Source: Nitrospirae bacterium MYbin3
Lineage (GTDB): Bacteria; Nitrospirota; Thermodesulfovibrionia; Thermodesulfovibrionales; Dissulfurispiraceae
Length of the DNA: 64,000 nt
Reading direction: 5' to 3'
Assembly (NCBI GenBank): GCA_002753335.1
Contig: PEAD01000002.1
Span: forward strand, 1-64,000
A model generated the notes under the pieces. That model had not been told where the DNA came from, did no database searches, and saw only the letters and a program-made list of their open reading frames with translations. This document shows, piece by piece, positions 27,680-41,646 of the stretch; the first letter of the stretch is position 1; every line of letters begins with the position of its first letter. The position numbers and the translations under genes were made by a program.

Positions 27680-29038
27680 ATGAAATCTTCAGAAATTCTT
27701 CAGGGCATCGAAATATCCGAGGCTCCAGAAGACATTATTTCGTACAGTTACGATTCTTCCATAGCTGAGCCGGCAAAGCCTAAAGCGGTTGCATGGCCTA
27801 AAAACAGCGAGCAGGTTTTGAAGCTGCTTAACTTTGCGAAGGAGCGCAATTTTTCGATTATTCCAAGAGGAGCAGGAAGCGGCATGGCCGGGGCATCGGT
27901 GCCTGTTGGAAAGGAATGCATCGTCATGAGTTTCGAAAAAATGAGAAAGATAATTGATATCGACACCAGAAACATGACGGTTGTTGTAGAGCCCGGCATA
28001 ATAAATGGGCGACTGCAAAGGGAGCTGGAATACCTGGGATACTTTTATCCTCCAGATCCGGCAAGCCTGAATATCTGCACAATAGGCGGAAATGTCGCAA
28101 CAAATGCGGGGGGGCCCCGCGCCGTAAAATATGGCGTGACAAGGAATTATGTGATGGGGATAGAGGCGGTGCTTGCGGACGGCACTCCTATCAGCGCAGG
28201 AGGCAGGACGCACAAACGCACGGTAGGCTATGACCTGCGTAATCTGTTGACAGGTTCGGAGGGAACGCTTGCTTTATTTACCCGTATCCGGCTTAAGATT
28301 CTGCCGCTTCCCGAAGATGTAATAACACTGCTTCTAATTTTTCGAGATATAGAATCGGCAGGGGCTTTGCCGGCAAAGATATCAACCGCAAAAGTTATAC
28401 CACGCACTATGGAATTTATGGATCGCGCTGCAATAGATGCTATAGAGAAATATAAGCCGACAGGTTTTCCGGCAGAAGCAGAGGCTGTTTTGCTGGTGGA
28501 GCTTGACGGCTATCCTTCCACAATAAGAAAAGAGGCCGAAAGGGTGGTGGATATCTGCAGAACCCTTGGAGGTGAAGCGATAATTGCAGAAGACGACTCG
28601 GCTCGTGAAAGCCTTTGGGATGCCCGGAGAGTTTTGTCTCCTGCCCTTTACAAGATTAAGCCCAATAAGCTTAACGAAGATATTGTTGTGCCGAGGGACA
28701 AACTGGCTCCGGCTCTGGCTGCGTTTAGAAAAATTTCTGAGGACAGCGGCATAAAAATAGTCTGCTTCGGACATGCGGGCGACGGCAATATCCATGTGAA
28801 TATAATGATTGACAAGCTGCAAAAAGAGGAATATCAAAAGGGGCTTGAACTTGTTCGGGATGTTTTTGATGTGGCGCTAAGGCTTGGCGGCTCAATATCC
28901 GGAGAACACGGCATAGGACTTGTAAAAAAACCTTACATAGGCATGGAGATAAAAGACAGGGAACTCGAACTGATGGGCGGTATTAAAAGACTGTTTGATC
29001 CTGAGGGGCTACTTAATCCGGGGAAAATAATTCCGTAA
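27680..29038 (+). CDS. FAD-linked oxidase (GlcD/D-lactate dehydrogenase family)
   Basis: YPPDPAS, GSEGTL, GHAGDGNIH and SGEHGIG motifs. Confidence 0.92.
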   Translation: MKSSEILQGIEISEAPEDIISYSYDSSIAEPAKPKAVAWPKNSEQVLKLLNFAKERNFSIIPRGAGSGMAGASVPVGKECIVMSFEKMRKIIDIDTRNMTVVVEPGIINGRLQRELEYLGYFYPPDPASLNICTIGGNVATNAGGPRAVKYGVTRNYVMGIEAVLADGTPISAGGRTHKRTVGYDLRNLLTGSEGTLALFTRIRLKILPLPEDVITLLLIFRDIESAGALPAKISTAKVIPRTMEFMDRAAIDAIEKYKPTGFPAEAEAVLLVELDGYPSTIRKEAERVVDICRTLGGEAIIAEDDSARESLWDARRVLSPALYKIKPNKLNEDIVVPRDKLAPALAAFRKISEDSGIKIVCFGHAGDGNIHVNIMIDKLQKEEYQKGLELVRDVFDVALRLGGSISGEHGIGLVKKPYIGMEIKDRELELMGGIKRLFDPEGLLNPGKIIP

Positions 29039-29048
29039 CCGGTTTGTG

Positions 29049-29276
29049 TTATTCCCGCCAGACCTCTATCGCGATATCAGGACAGATCTGGGCGCATATG
29101 GCGCAGCCGGTGCATCTGTCCGGATGTTCAAAAAATGCAGGAAAATATCCCATCTCGTTGAAGATGTTTTCTATGGCGAGGGCTTTTTCGGGGCATGAGA
29201 CAACACAGTATCTGCAGCCTTTGCATAGCTCTCTGTCGATAATTATTTTACCCTTAGTTTTTTTTGCTGTTTTCAT
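29049..29276 (-). CDS. 2x[4Fe-4S] ferredoxin (2-oxoacid oxidoreductase delta subunit-like)
   Basis: CKGCRYCVVSCP and CTGCAICAQICP motifs. Confidence 0.9.
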   Translation of the reverse strand: MKTAKKTKGKIIIDRELCKGCRYCVVSCPEKALAIENIFNEMGYFPAFFEHPDRCTGCAICAQICPDIAIEVWRE

Positions 29277-29345
29277 TTTGCTTCTGCCCGCTGCTTTTTT
29301 ACCCGCACATTTTAGTATTTAACATAAAACCGGGTCAACGCAATT

Positions 29346-29618
29346 TTAAAGGCCCGGAGGTTTTTTCGTCATTTTATAAACAAACGCCAGTATTTCGGCT
29401 ACAGCCTTATATAGCTCGGGCGGTATTTCCTGATGCATGTCCAAACCCGACAGCACTTCGATGAGCTGAGGGTCTTCTTTAAGCGGGATGTTGTGCTCTT
29501 TGGCGACCGCAAGGATTTTTTCGGCAATGAAGCCGCTGCCTTTTGCCACAATTTTAGGCGCACTGTCTTCTGCCGGCTTGTACCGGAGCGCGGCCGCTTT
29601 TTGTCGTTTGGGATTCAC
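29346..29618 (-). CDS. FlhB C-terminal-domain-like protein
   Basis: AAALRY..APKIVAKGSG..IPPELYKAVAEIL motif. Confidence 0.92.
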   Translation of the reverse strand: MNPKRQKAAALRYKPAEDSAPKIVAKGSGFIAEKILAVAKEHNIPLKEDPQLIEVLSGLDMHQEIPPELYKAVAEILAFVYKMTKKPPGL

Positions 29619-29621
29619 CGT

Positions 29622-33444
<3,823 letters not shown>

Positions 33445-33452
<8 letters not shown>

Positions 33453-34044
33453 TGTTTTTTCTCCAAACATCAACACCAAATTCTTGCAAGACCTCTGCGA
33501 GTTTGGCTATAGGAAGCCCGACGACGTTGTAGTAATCGCCCGATATTTTCTCGATTAGCAAGGCTCCAAGACCCTGGATAGCGTAAGCGCCGGCTTTATC
33601 GAGCGGTTCCTTGGATCTTATATAGGCTTTAATCTGTTTGGGGGCAAGTTTTCTGAAGCTGACCATAGTGGCTACCGATTTAGAAACCAGCCTGTTGTTT
33701 TTCGTATCGAGCACCGTGAAACCGGTAATAACTTTGTGTTTATTTCCGCTTAACAACCGGAGCATTTTCTCAGCGGTCTGTGCGGTATGCGGCTTGCCTA
33801 GTATTTTGCCCTTGAATTCTATGAAAGTATCTGCGGCGATAATAATCGAATTCTTGTGTTTATAGGCCACAGACAAAGCCTTTTCTTTTGACAGGAACTG
33901 CGCGAGCTTGTATGGACTAAGTTCAGCTCTGATGTCTTCTTCAAATTCGGACTTATCGGTTTCGAAATCTAACCCGATAAGGTTAAGCAGAGATTTTCGT
34001 CTCGGCGAAGAGGATGCAAGCACTATTTTTCTGGAAACAGTCAT
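33445..34044 (-). CDS. maf: Maf family nucleotide pyrophosphatase
   Basis: LASSSPRR, ADT, ILGKP and DKAGAYAIQG motifs. Confidence 0.95.
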
Positions 34045-34098
34045 CCATGTATATTACCATTAATTGACTTTAAGGTATTAATTTCAGTATGTTATAAA

Positions 34099-35844
34099 AT
34101 GGCTTCAAGTACGCCATTATTGGGGCAGCTTCTAATTAAAGCCGGTCTTGTAACCGAAAGTCAGCTAAACGAAGCCTTGCGGGTTCAGAAACTTGAGGGG
34201 AAAAGGCTGGGTTCTGTTCTCTTAAAGTTGAGCTACCTGACAGAAGAAGGCCTAATAACTTTCTTGAGCAGGCAGTATAATGTTCCTGCTATAAATCTTT
34301 CGGATCACAAGATAGATATTTCATTGCTCAAGGTGATTCCTTACGAAACCGCCAAAAAATACCAGCTTGTGCCTATTTCTAGAGACGGCGCTTCTTTGCG
34401 CATAGCCATATCTGACCCTTCCAATAATTTTGCGCTTGATGATATTAAATTTCTTACCGGAATGAAAATTTCGGTGTATGTTGCTTCTGAAACATCAATA
34501 ATCGAAACGATAGAGAAGCATTACCGCAAGGAGCAGACGGTCAAGGTGGCTGTTGCGGGTGGAAAAGCTGGCGATGCAAATGAGCTTGATGATCTGAGCA
34601 AGATAATCGGCAATGTGATGGATGACTTTGTCATCGTGGAAGAAAAAGAAGATAAGGATATCCCCAAGGAAGGCGATGCCCCTGTTGTAAAGCTTGTCAA
34701 CGGAATTCTCCTGAACGCGCTTAAATCGAGGGCCAGTGATATTCATGTTGAGCCTGCCGAAGAATTGATAAGGGTAAGATATAGGATTGACGGGGTTTTG
34801 CAGCCGGTTTTGAAGCTTCCGGTGAAGATGAAAAATGCGATCACTTCACGTTTGAAAATTATGTCCCACCTTGATATTTCGGAAAGACGGCTGCCTCAGG
34901 ACGGAAGGATAAAGTTGAAGATGAGCGAGAACAGGGAGATAGATTTTCGTGTCTCGACACTGCCCACTCTTTTTGGTGAAAAAATAGTGCTCAGGCTTCT
35001 CGATAAATCTAATCTTCAGCTGGAGCTGCCTAAACTTGGCTTTGACGAAAAACAGTTGCTCGATTTTCTGGATGCTATTGAGCGGCCTTATGGAATGATC
35101 CTTGTTACCGGACCAACAGGAAGCGGAAAGACCACCACACTTTATTCGGCCCTTATGCATCTTAATAAGCCCGGCGTGAATATTATGACCGCTGAGGACC
35201 CGGTAGAGTATAATTTTTTCGGTATAAATCAGGTTCATATAAGAGACGATATCGGTCTAAATTTTGCTACCGCGCTCAGGTCATTTCTGAGACAGGACCC
35301 TGACATAGTGCTCGTGGGAGAGATAAGAGATTTCGAAACCGCAGAGATTGCGATAAAAGCGGCTTTGACCGGCCATCTTGTTCTTAGCACGCTTCACACG
35401 AATGATGCTCCGAGCACGATATCAAGGCTGATCAATATGGGCATAGAGCCGCTTATGGTTGCGACCTCTACTGTTTTGATAGTGGCCCAGAGGCTTGCGA
35501 GGAAGATCTGTCCGGACTGCAAAGAGGAAGATACAGGCATATCAAAAGTAACGCTTCTCAAAGTTGGGGTTTCTGAGGACCAGGTTGACAACGTAAAATG
35601 TTATATAGGGAAGGGCTGCGGATACTGCAACAGCACCGGTTACAGAGGCCGTGTAGCGGTCCATGAGATTATGCCTGTGAAGGACGAGCTTAGAGAGCTT
35701 ATCTTGCAGGGTGCTCCGGCAGTGGAGATAAAGAAAGAGGCGATAAGGCTCGGTATGTCGAGTCTCAGGCAGAGCGCTATACGAAAGATGACCGAAGGCA
35801 TAACAACCCTCGAAGAAGTCCTGAGAGTCACTATTGAGGACTGA
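34099..35844 (+). CDS. pilB: Type IV pilus assembly ATPase with MshEN-like N-terminus
   Basis: ASDIHVEP, RLPQDGR, GPTGSGKT, LRQDPD, STLHTND and Cys zinc motifs. Confidence 0.93.
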   Translation: MASSTPLLGQLLIKAGLVTESQLNEALRVQKLEGKRLGSVLLKLSYLTEEGLITFLSRQYNVPAINLSDHKIDISLLKVIPYETAKKYQLVPISRDGASLRIAISDPSNNFALDDIKFLTGMKISVYVASETSIIETIEKHYRKEQTVKVAVAGGKAGDANELDDLSKIIGNVMDDFVIVEEKEDKDIPKEGDAPVVKLVNGILLNALKSRASDIHVEPAEELIRVRYRIDGVLQPVLKLPVKMKNAITSRLKIMSHLDISERRLPQDGRIKLKMSENREIDFRVSTLPTLFGEKIVLRLLDKSNLQLELPKLGFDEKQLLDFLDAIERPYGMILVTGPTGSGKTTTLYSALMHLNKPGVNIMTAEDPVEYNFFGINQVHIRDDIGLNFATALRSFLRQDPDIVLVGEIRDFETAEIAIKAALTGHLVLSTLHTNDAPSTISRLINMGIEPLMVATSTVLIVAQRLARKICPDCKEEDTGISKVTLLKVGVSEDQVDNVKCYIGKGCGYCNSTGYRGRVAVHEIMPVKDELRELILQGAPAVEIKKEAIRLGMSSLRQSAIRKMTEGITTLEEVLRVTIED

Positions 35845-35859
35845 TTTGCCCGAAATATT

Positions 35860-36954
35860 TTGACCATTCTTGCAGACCTTCTTAAGCTGATGATAGAGCG
35901 TGGAGCCTCGGACCTCCATCTAACAACAGGCAGTCCGCCCAGACTCAGGATTGTGGGCAAACTACTGCCTATCGAAGACCATCCGACACTTTCGCCCGAG
36001 AACACTAAAGAGTTGTGTTACAGCATAATGACCGATCCACAGAGGGCCAAGTTTGAGGAAAACAACGAACTTGACCTCTCGTTTGGCATCAAAGGCTTAA
36101 GCAGGTTCAGGGCCAATATTTTTATGCAGCGCGGCGCTCTGGCCGGAGTTTTTCGGTCTGTTCCGTTTGTTATTAAAAATATGTCAGATCTTGGCTTGCC
36201 GTCCGCAATCAGCGACATGGTAGCTAAAAAACATGGCCTGGTAATCGTCTCGGGACCGGCCGGCAGCGGAAAATCGACCACCATCGCTTCGATGATCGAC
36301 AGCATAAATTCCGAAAGGGAAGCCCATATCATTACGCTTGAAGATCCGGTTGAATTTCTTCATCATCACAATAAGAGCATAATAAACCAAAGGGAGATAT
36401 CTGCCGATACTGCTTCATACAGTGCAGCGCTGCGTTATATACTCCGCCAGAATCCGGATATTGTTTTTCTGGACGAGATGCAGAGCATAGACACGATCGA
36501 GTCGGTTTTCAGGATTGCAGAGACCGGCCATTTGGCGCTTGCTACTCTCCGCACAAAATCTGCGCTGCAGACCATCAGCCGTATAATAGAAATCTTCCCC
36601 CCTCATCAGCAGGAACAGGTGCGGATTCAGCTGGCATCAATACTTGAGGGCATAGTATCACAGCGGCTTATTCCGACAAAAGACGGACAAGGACGGGTGC
36701 TTGCGCTTGAAGTGCTTATCCCCTCAGCTGCTGTACGAAGCCTTATGAGGGAAAATAAGCTCTCGCAGATATATTCTATAATGCAGACCGGAGGGGAAAG
36801 TTCAGGCATGATTACCATGAACCAGTCAATAGCCGGTTTTTTCTCTAAGGGGCTTGTGAGCTACGAAGACGCGGTAAATCATTCGCCCTTACCTGAGGAA
36901 CTGGCGCAGTTGCTTGCAAAAAAGAATGCACCCGAAAGCCGGTACAGAGTTTAG
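35860..36954 (+). CDS. pilT: PilT/PilU-family retraction ATPase with degenerate motifs
   Basis: ASDLHL, RFRANIF, GPAGSGKST, EDPVE and AETGHL motifs. Confidence 0.85.
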   Translation: MTILADLLKLMIERGASDLHLTTGSPPRLRIVGKLLPIEDHPTLSPENTKELCYSIMTDPQRAKFEENNELDLSFGIKGLSRFRANIFMQRGALAGVFRSVPFVIKNMSDLGLPSAISDMVAKKHGLVIVSGPAGSGKSTTIASMIDSINSEREAHIITLEDPVEFLHHHNKSIINQREISADTASYSAALRYILRQNPDIVFLDEMQSIDTIESVFRIAETGHLALATLRTKSALQTISRIIEIFPPHQQEQVRIQLASILEGIVSQRLIPTKDGQGRVLALEVLIPSAAVRSLMRENKLSQIYSIMQTGGESSGMITMNQSIAGFFSKGLVSYEDAVNHSPLPEELAQLLAKKNAPESRYRV

Positions 36955-36981
36955 GTCGGGGCGAATAAAGGAATCTAATTT

Positions 36982-37155
36982 TTGAAAAATACCGATGCAC
37001 TCCTCTTCCTTTTTTTTGTAGGCCTTGTAGGCATTAACTGGCCGACGCTCGATATATTCCGGACGAATGTTGTTCTGTATCTTTTTGTGTTTTGGTTCTT
37101 TTTGATATGCGCCATAGCTGCTGTTTCTTTTTTTGTAGGTGATGGCAAGCGATGA
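36982..37155 (+). CDS. Unannotated 57-aa two-TM membrane peptide upstream of the SLC5 kinase (CbrX-like position)
   Basis: TTG start after AAAGGA; MKNTDALLFLFFVGLVGINWPTLDIFRTNVVLYLFVFWFFLICAIAAVSFFVGDGKR*; absent from the ORF track, whose shortest entries are 60 aa. Confidence 0.7.
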   Translation: MKNTDALLFLFFVGLVGINWPTLDIFRTNVVLYLFVFWFFLICAIAAVSFFVGDGKR

Positions 37156-37191
37156 GCGGATACTCATTTCTGCATAACCCGGCCATAAAAA

Positions 37192-40149
37192 ATGTTCGAA
37201 GCGTATAACCTTTTTTTTATAGTAATCTGCTACCTGCTTTTGCTTTTTGCTCTGGCCTATTATGCAGAGAGAAAGGAAGGGCAGGGCAAAAGCATTGTAA
37301 ATAATCCGTACATCTATTCCTTATCCCTTGCTGTTTATTGCACATCATGGACTTTTTACGGAAGCGTCGGAAAGGCCGCCACCTCGGGGCTTTCATTTTT
37401 AACCATTTATCTCGGCCCCACATTGATGGCGGTTCTTTGGCTTGTTTTTCTGCGCAAGGTTGTGAGGATATCAAAGGCCAATCGCATAACTACTCTTTCG
37501 GATTTTATAGGGTCTCGCTATGGGAAATCGCTCAGCATGTCAGCGATCGTAACGGTTATCTCTGTTCTCGGCATAACACCATATTTGGGTCTGCAGATAA
37601 AGGCGATAATAACCACCTTTTCGATAATAGGTGGAGAAAAGGGCAGTTCGGCTGCAGGACTGTACATTACGTTGTTGCTGGGGGCTTTTGCTATTATTTT
37701 CGGAGCCCGACGGCTCGATTCCTCGGAGCGCCACGGCGGGCTTGTTTTCGCTATAGCCTTCGAATCTATTGTTAAGCTCATTGCATTTTTGCTGGTCGGC
37801 ATTTTTGTTACTTACGGCTTGTTCGACGGCTTTCATGACATATACGAAAAGATTCAGGATTCGGAATATTCGGTACTGCTTTTTTTAGGCACCGGCACCG
37901 GCACCGATTATCCAGAATGGCTTGCGCTTGTATATCTTTCGATGATGGCGATAATGTTCCTTCCGAGGCAGTTTCAGATGTCGGTGGTCGAAAACTACGA
38001 TGAAGCTCATATAGCAAAGGCTGCATGGCTCTTTCCTTTGTACCTTTTTTTAATAAATATATTTGTGCTTCCGATAGCCTTTGGAGGGCTGCTTCTTGGG
38101 GGCACAGAGAAAATGGCAGACTATTTTGTTCTCACAATTCCGTGGAGCCATGGCAAGGAATTTCTGGCACTGCTGGCGTTTGTCGGCGGCTTTTCGGCAG
38201 CCACAGGAATGATTATAGTGGAATCGCTCGCATTGAGCACTATGGTTATGAACAGCATAATCATGCCCACCCTTGTTGATTTTGAAGCTCAATCAAGCTT
38301 GAGATTTCCTGCACACGTTTTGAATATAAAACGAATGGTGATAATGGCAATAGTCTTTATGGGCTATCTTTTTGCTGCTTATATAGGAGAGTTTTACAGT
38401 CTTGTCGAGATAGGCCTGAAGTCGTTCGAGGCTGTAAGTCTTTTTGCGCCAGCTTTTTTCTTCGGCCTTTATTGGAAGGGCGGAAATAAGAACGGAGCTA
38501 TGGCGGGGCTTGCGGCCGGATTTGCGGTATGGTTTTACACGTTGATGCTTCCGGCGCTTATAAAATCAGGAATAGTGAAAGATGTCGGTTTTGTTAATTT
38601 TCTTATAAACTCCGAGCTATTTAATCCAGAGGCTTTGTTCGGCATAAAGTCTTTGGGCAAATGGGGCAACTCGTTGTTCTGGAGTCTTTTGTTCAATGTG
38701 TTGCTTTATGTGGGCGTTTCGGTCTATACGAAACAGACAAAAGATGAAGAAATGCAGTCGCTCGTATTTGTAGAATCTTATGAAAGGGCCAAAGATCGTC
38801 TTACCGCAAGCTCTTATACCGTAGAGGATGTCGAGGCTGTTCTGGCTCTTTATATCGGCAAGTCAGAGGCAAAGGATGCTATTGATGCCTACCTTTTTAG
38901 AGGGAAAAAGAAGCGCGCGAGCCTTAACTCAAAAGAGATGTTCGAACTCAGGCATGAAGCAGAAAGAATCCTTGCCGGGGCCATAGGCTCTTCTATGGCA
39001 TCGATAATATTTGAGGACAAGCTTGTTTTGACCGAAAAGGAAAGGGGTGAGCTTTCGGAGTCGGCCAAACAGATAGCGGAACGTCTCAGATTGTCAAGGC
39101 AAGAACTTGCAGATGCCAACAGAGAGCTTTCTTATCTTAAAGAGTTCAGCGAGAATATTATCGAGAGCGCTCCTTTAGGTATAGCAACCATTGACGTACT
39201 TTTGCGGGTAAATTATTGGAACAGGGAGATGGAAAATATTACCGGCATAGATAAGGATGATGCCTTCAACAGATATCTTATAGCGTTGCTGCCTTGGATT
39301 GCTTCAACTACGCTTGTTCAGAGCGAACAAAAGGAGATAGTTGTTCAGTCGCCCGAAAACAGGAGCTTTAAAATGAACTTAAGCCCCTTTAAAGACCCTT
39401 CAGGTGGTTTTGTTGTGATACTCGAAGACATTACAGAAAAAAAGAAGATGGAGGAGCAGCTGCTGCAGACGTCCAAACTTGCGAGCATTGGAAAACTGAC
39501 CGCCGGAATCTCTCACGAGATCGGCAACCCGCTTGCATCCATATCTTCTCTGGTTCAGGAGATGAAAACATTGAAGCTTGAATCAAGCGAAGATGTCGAA
39601 TTTACGGGGGCCTCCTTAAAGACCATAAACAGCCACATTGAGCGTATAGCAAAGATTGTGAGGAGCCTCGGTGATTTTGCTCGCATCTCATCCACAGACA
39701 AGAGCCTTACTTCGATAGCGGATGTTTTGGACCGGACTATAGGGTTGATAAAATATGACAAGCGGTTTAAAAATACTGAGCTTGCCCTCGATATTCCGGA
39801 ACTGCCGCCAATACTTATAAATCCGGATCAGATGCAGCAGGTTTTCTTGAATCTTATACTGAATGCCCTTGATGCAATGCCTTACGGAGGAATGCTGCAT
39901 ATATCTGCTGTATGCAGTGATAAAGATCTTGAGCTTACGTTCAGCGATACGGGTATGGGCATAGACGGGTCTGATATGGACAGAATTTTTGATCCGTTTT
40001 TTACCACAAAGCCGCTCGGAAAGGGCACCGGCTTAGGACTGAGCATCTGTTATGGTATAATCAAGGAGCACAACGGAACCATCAGCTTTAAAAGTGCAAA
40101 AGGGGAAGGCACTACGCTCATAATAACTCTCCCTGTTGATTATAAATGA
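37192..40149 (+). CDS. SLC5 transporter-STAC-PAS-histidine kinase (CbrA/CrbS-like)
   Basis: SLAVYCTSWTFYGSVG, LPRQF, GGFSAATGM, ERILAGAIG, PAS, SHEIGNPL and GKGTGLGL motifs. Confidence 0.93.
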   Translation: MFEAYNLFFIVICYLLLLFALAYYAERKEGQGKSIVNNPYIYSLSLAVYCTSWTFYGSVGKAATSGLSFLTIYLGPTLMAVLWLVFLRKVVRISKANRITTLSDFIGSRYGKSLSMSAIVTVISVLGITPYLGLQIKAIITTFSIIGGEKGSSAAGLYITLLLGAFAIIFGARRLDSSERHGGLVFAIAFESIVKLIAFLLVGIFVTYGLFDGFHDIYEKIQDSEYSVLLFLGTGTGTDYPEWLALVYLSMMAIMFLPRQFQMSVVENYDEAHIAKAAWLFPLYLFLINIFVLPIAFGGLLLGGTEKMADYFVLTIPWSHGKEFLALLAFVGGFSAATGMIIVESLALSTMVMNSIIMPTLVDFEAQSSLRFPAHVLNIKRMVIMAIVFMGYLFAAYIGEFYSLVEIGLKSFEAVSLFAPAFFFGLYWKGGNKNGAMAGLAAGFAVWFYTLMLPALIKSGIVKDVGFVNFLINSELFNPEALFGIKSLGKWGNSLFWSLLFNVLLYVGVSVYTKQTKDEEMQSLVFVESYERAKDRLTASSYTVEDVEAVLALYIGKSEAKDAIDAYLFRGKKKRASLNSKEMFELRHEAERILAGAIGSSMASIIFEDKLVLTEKERGELSESAKQIAERLRLSRQELADANRELSYLKEFSENIIESAPLGIATIDVLLRVNYWNREMENITGIDKDDAFNRYLIALLPWIASTTLVQSEQKEIVVQSPENRSFKMNLSPFKDPSGGFVVILEDITEKKKMEEQLLQTSKLASIGKLTAGISHEIGNPLASISSLVQEMKTLKLESSEDVEFTGASLKTINSHIERIAKIVRSLGDFARISSTDKSLTSIADVLDRTIGLIKYDKRFKNTELALDIPELPPILINPDQMQQVFLNLILNALDAMPYGGMLHISAVCSDKDLELTFSDTGMGIDGSDMDRIFDPFFTTKPLGKGTGLGLSICYGIIKEHNGTISFKSAKGEGTTLIITLPVDYK

Positions 40150-41492
40150 CAGGCAAACTTCTTATAGTCGAAGACGAAGAAACCCTCCGCTCATCTCTTA
40201 AGCGTGTATTTATGCGTGACGGATACAATGTAGAAAGCGCTGCAAGCGCAGAAGATGCGCTTGAGATGGTAGATGAGCTGCTTTTCGATATCGTAATCAC
40301 AGATATAATCCTTCCCGGCATGGACGGCATAGAACTACTCAAGAAGATTAAGGAAAAAAGTGCTGAACAAATCGTGATTGTTGTAACCGCCTATGCATCA
40401 CTTGAGACGGCGGTCGAGGCGCTTAGGGCCGGAGCATACGATTATGTTGTCAAACCTATAATTCATGAAGAGATAAAGCAGATAGTAATAAATGCCCTTA
40501 AGCAGCGGTCGCTTCAGGCCGAGAACCAAATTCTCAAGAAACAGATCGAAAAGCAGTATGATTTCAGCCATATCATCGGCGAGAGCCCCGAGATAAAAAA
40601 AATTATCGAAGAGGCCAAAAAAATAGCTGACGCTAAAAGCAACGTTCTTCTTCTCGGTGACACCGGCACAGGAAAGGAGTTGATTGCCCGGGCAATACAT
40701 TACAACAGCACAAGGGCTGACAAGCCATTTATCCCTATAAACTGCAGCGCTATCCCAGAGAACCTTCTTGAATCGGAGCTGTTTGGCCATGTGCGCGGAG
40801 CTTTTACCGGAGCAGTTTCTTCTAAGAAGGGTCTGTTTGAAGAGGCCAGCGGTGGAACCGTGTTTCTTGATGAGATAGGAGAGCTTGGCATGGGGTTGCA
40901 GGCAAAGCTTCTAAGGGTAATAGAAGACCAGGTGATAAGGCCTGTTGGCGGCACGCAGAGCGTAAAGATAGATATCCGTTTTATAACCGCTACAAACAGA
41001 AATCTTGAAACGGGGGTCAAACAGGGGCAGTTTAGGGAAGACCTTTATTACAGGATAAATGTGGTAACTATAAAGCTGCCGCCGCTGAGGGGAAGAAAAG
41101 AGGACATAGAACTTCTTGTTAAACATTTTATGGAAAAATTTTGCGTTGAGCTGGGGAAAAATATTAAAGAAATAGACGGACAGGCTATGGAGCTGCTTAT
41201 CGCTTACCAGTGGCCCGGAAACATTCGCGAACTAAGAAACATTATAGAGCGCGCGGTGCTTATTGCCGAGCCCGGAGGTGGCATTACAAAAGAGCATCTG
41301 CCTGAGGGGGTAAGCACAGAAAAGGATTGTACTCAGGAGATTTTTGCAGGAAAACTTTCTATTGAGGAGTACACTAAGGCCTTCATAAAAAAATATCAGG
41401 CCGACTATACGGAACAGCATATAGCGGACATGTTAGGCATTACTAGGAAATCCTTGTGGGAAAAGCGGAAAAAATGGGGGATGCAAAAGTAG
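40146..41492 (+). CDS. Sigma-54-dependent response regulator (CbrB-like)
   Basis: Receiver domain, GAFTGA, C-terminal LSIEEY...LGITRKSLWEKR. Confidence 0.93.
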   Translation: MTGKLLIVEDEETLRSSLKRVFMRDGYNVESAASAEDALEMVDELLFDIVITDIILPGMDGIELLKKIKEKSAEQIVIVVTAYASLETAVEALRAGAYDYVVKPIIHEEIKQIVINALKQRSLQAENQILKKQIEKQYDFSHIIGESPEIKKIIEEAKKIADAKSNVLLLGDTGTGKELIARAIHYNSTRADKPFIPINCSAIPENLLESELFGHVRGAFTGAVSSKKGLFEEASGGTVFLDEIGELGMGLQAKLLRVIEDQVIRPVGGTQSVKIDIRFITATNRNLETGVKQGQFREDLYYRINVVTIKLPPLRGRKEDIELLVKHFMEKFCVELGKNIKEIDGQAMELLIAYQWPGNIRELRNIIERAVLIAEPGGGITKEHLPEGVSTEKDCTQEIFAGKLSIEEYTKAFIKKYQADYTEQHIADMLGITRKSLWEKRKKWGMQK

Positions 41493-41554
41493 CATCTCCT
41501 AAGATGTAATAACTTGCTGATAAATTGGTATAAGAAAATATAATCGCTAAATTC

Positions 41555-41584
41555 TTGACAAAAAATACGTTATATTGGTATCGT
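41555..41584 (+). promoter_or_regulatory. Probable atp operon promoter
   Basis: TTGACA-18bp-TATCGT with extended TG. Confidence 0.5.
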
Positions 41585-41646
41585 TTTTCACTTTTGTTGT
41601 AAGGGCTTAAAATAATTAACCGAGAACGCAAAGGCAAGGTGAAGTC

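Noticed and set aside
36889..37167. 92-aa minus-strand ORF
   Set aside because: Lys-rich antisense shadow of the T-rich 57-aa membrane ORF on the plus strand
41493..41646. crcZ-like sRNA or sigma-54 promoter after the CbrB-like gene
   Set aside because: No GG-N10-GC and no repeated AANAANAA motifs; the region fits the atp promoter
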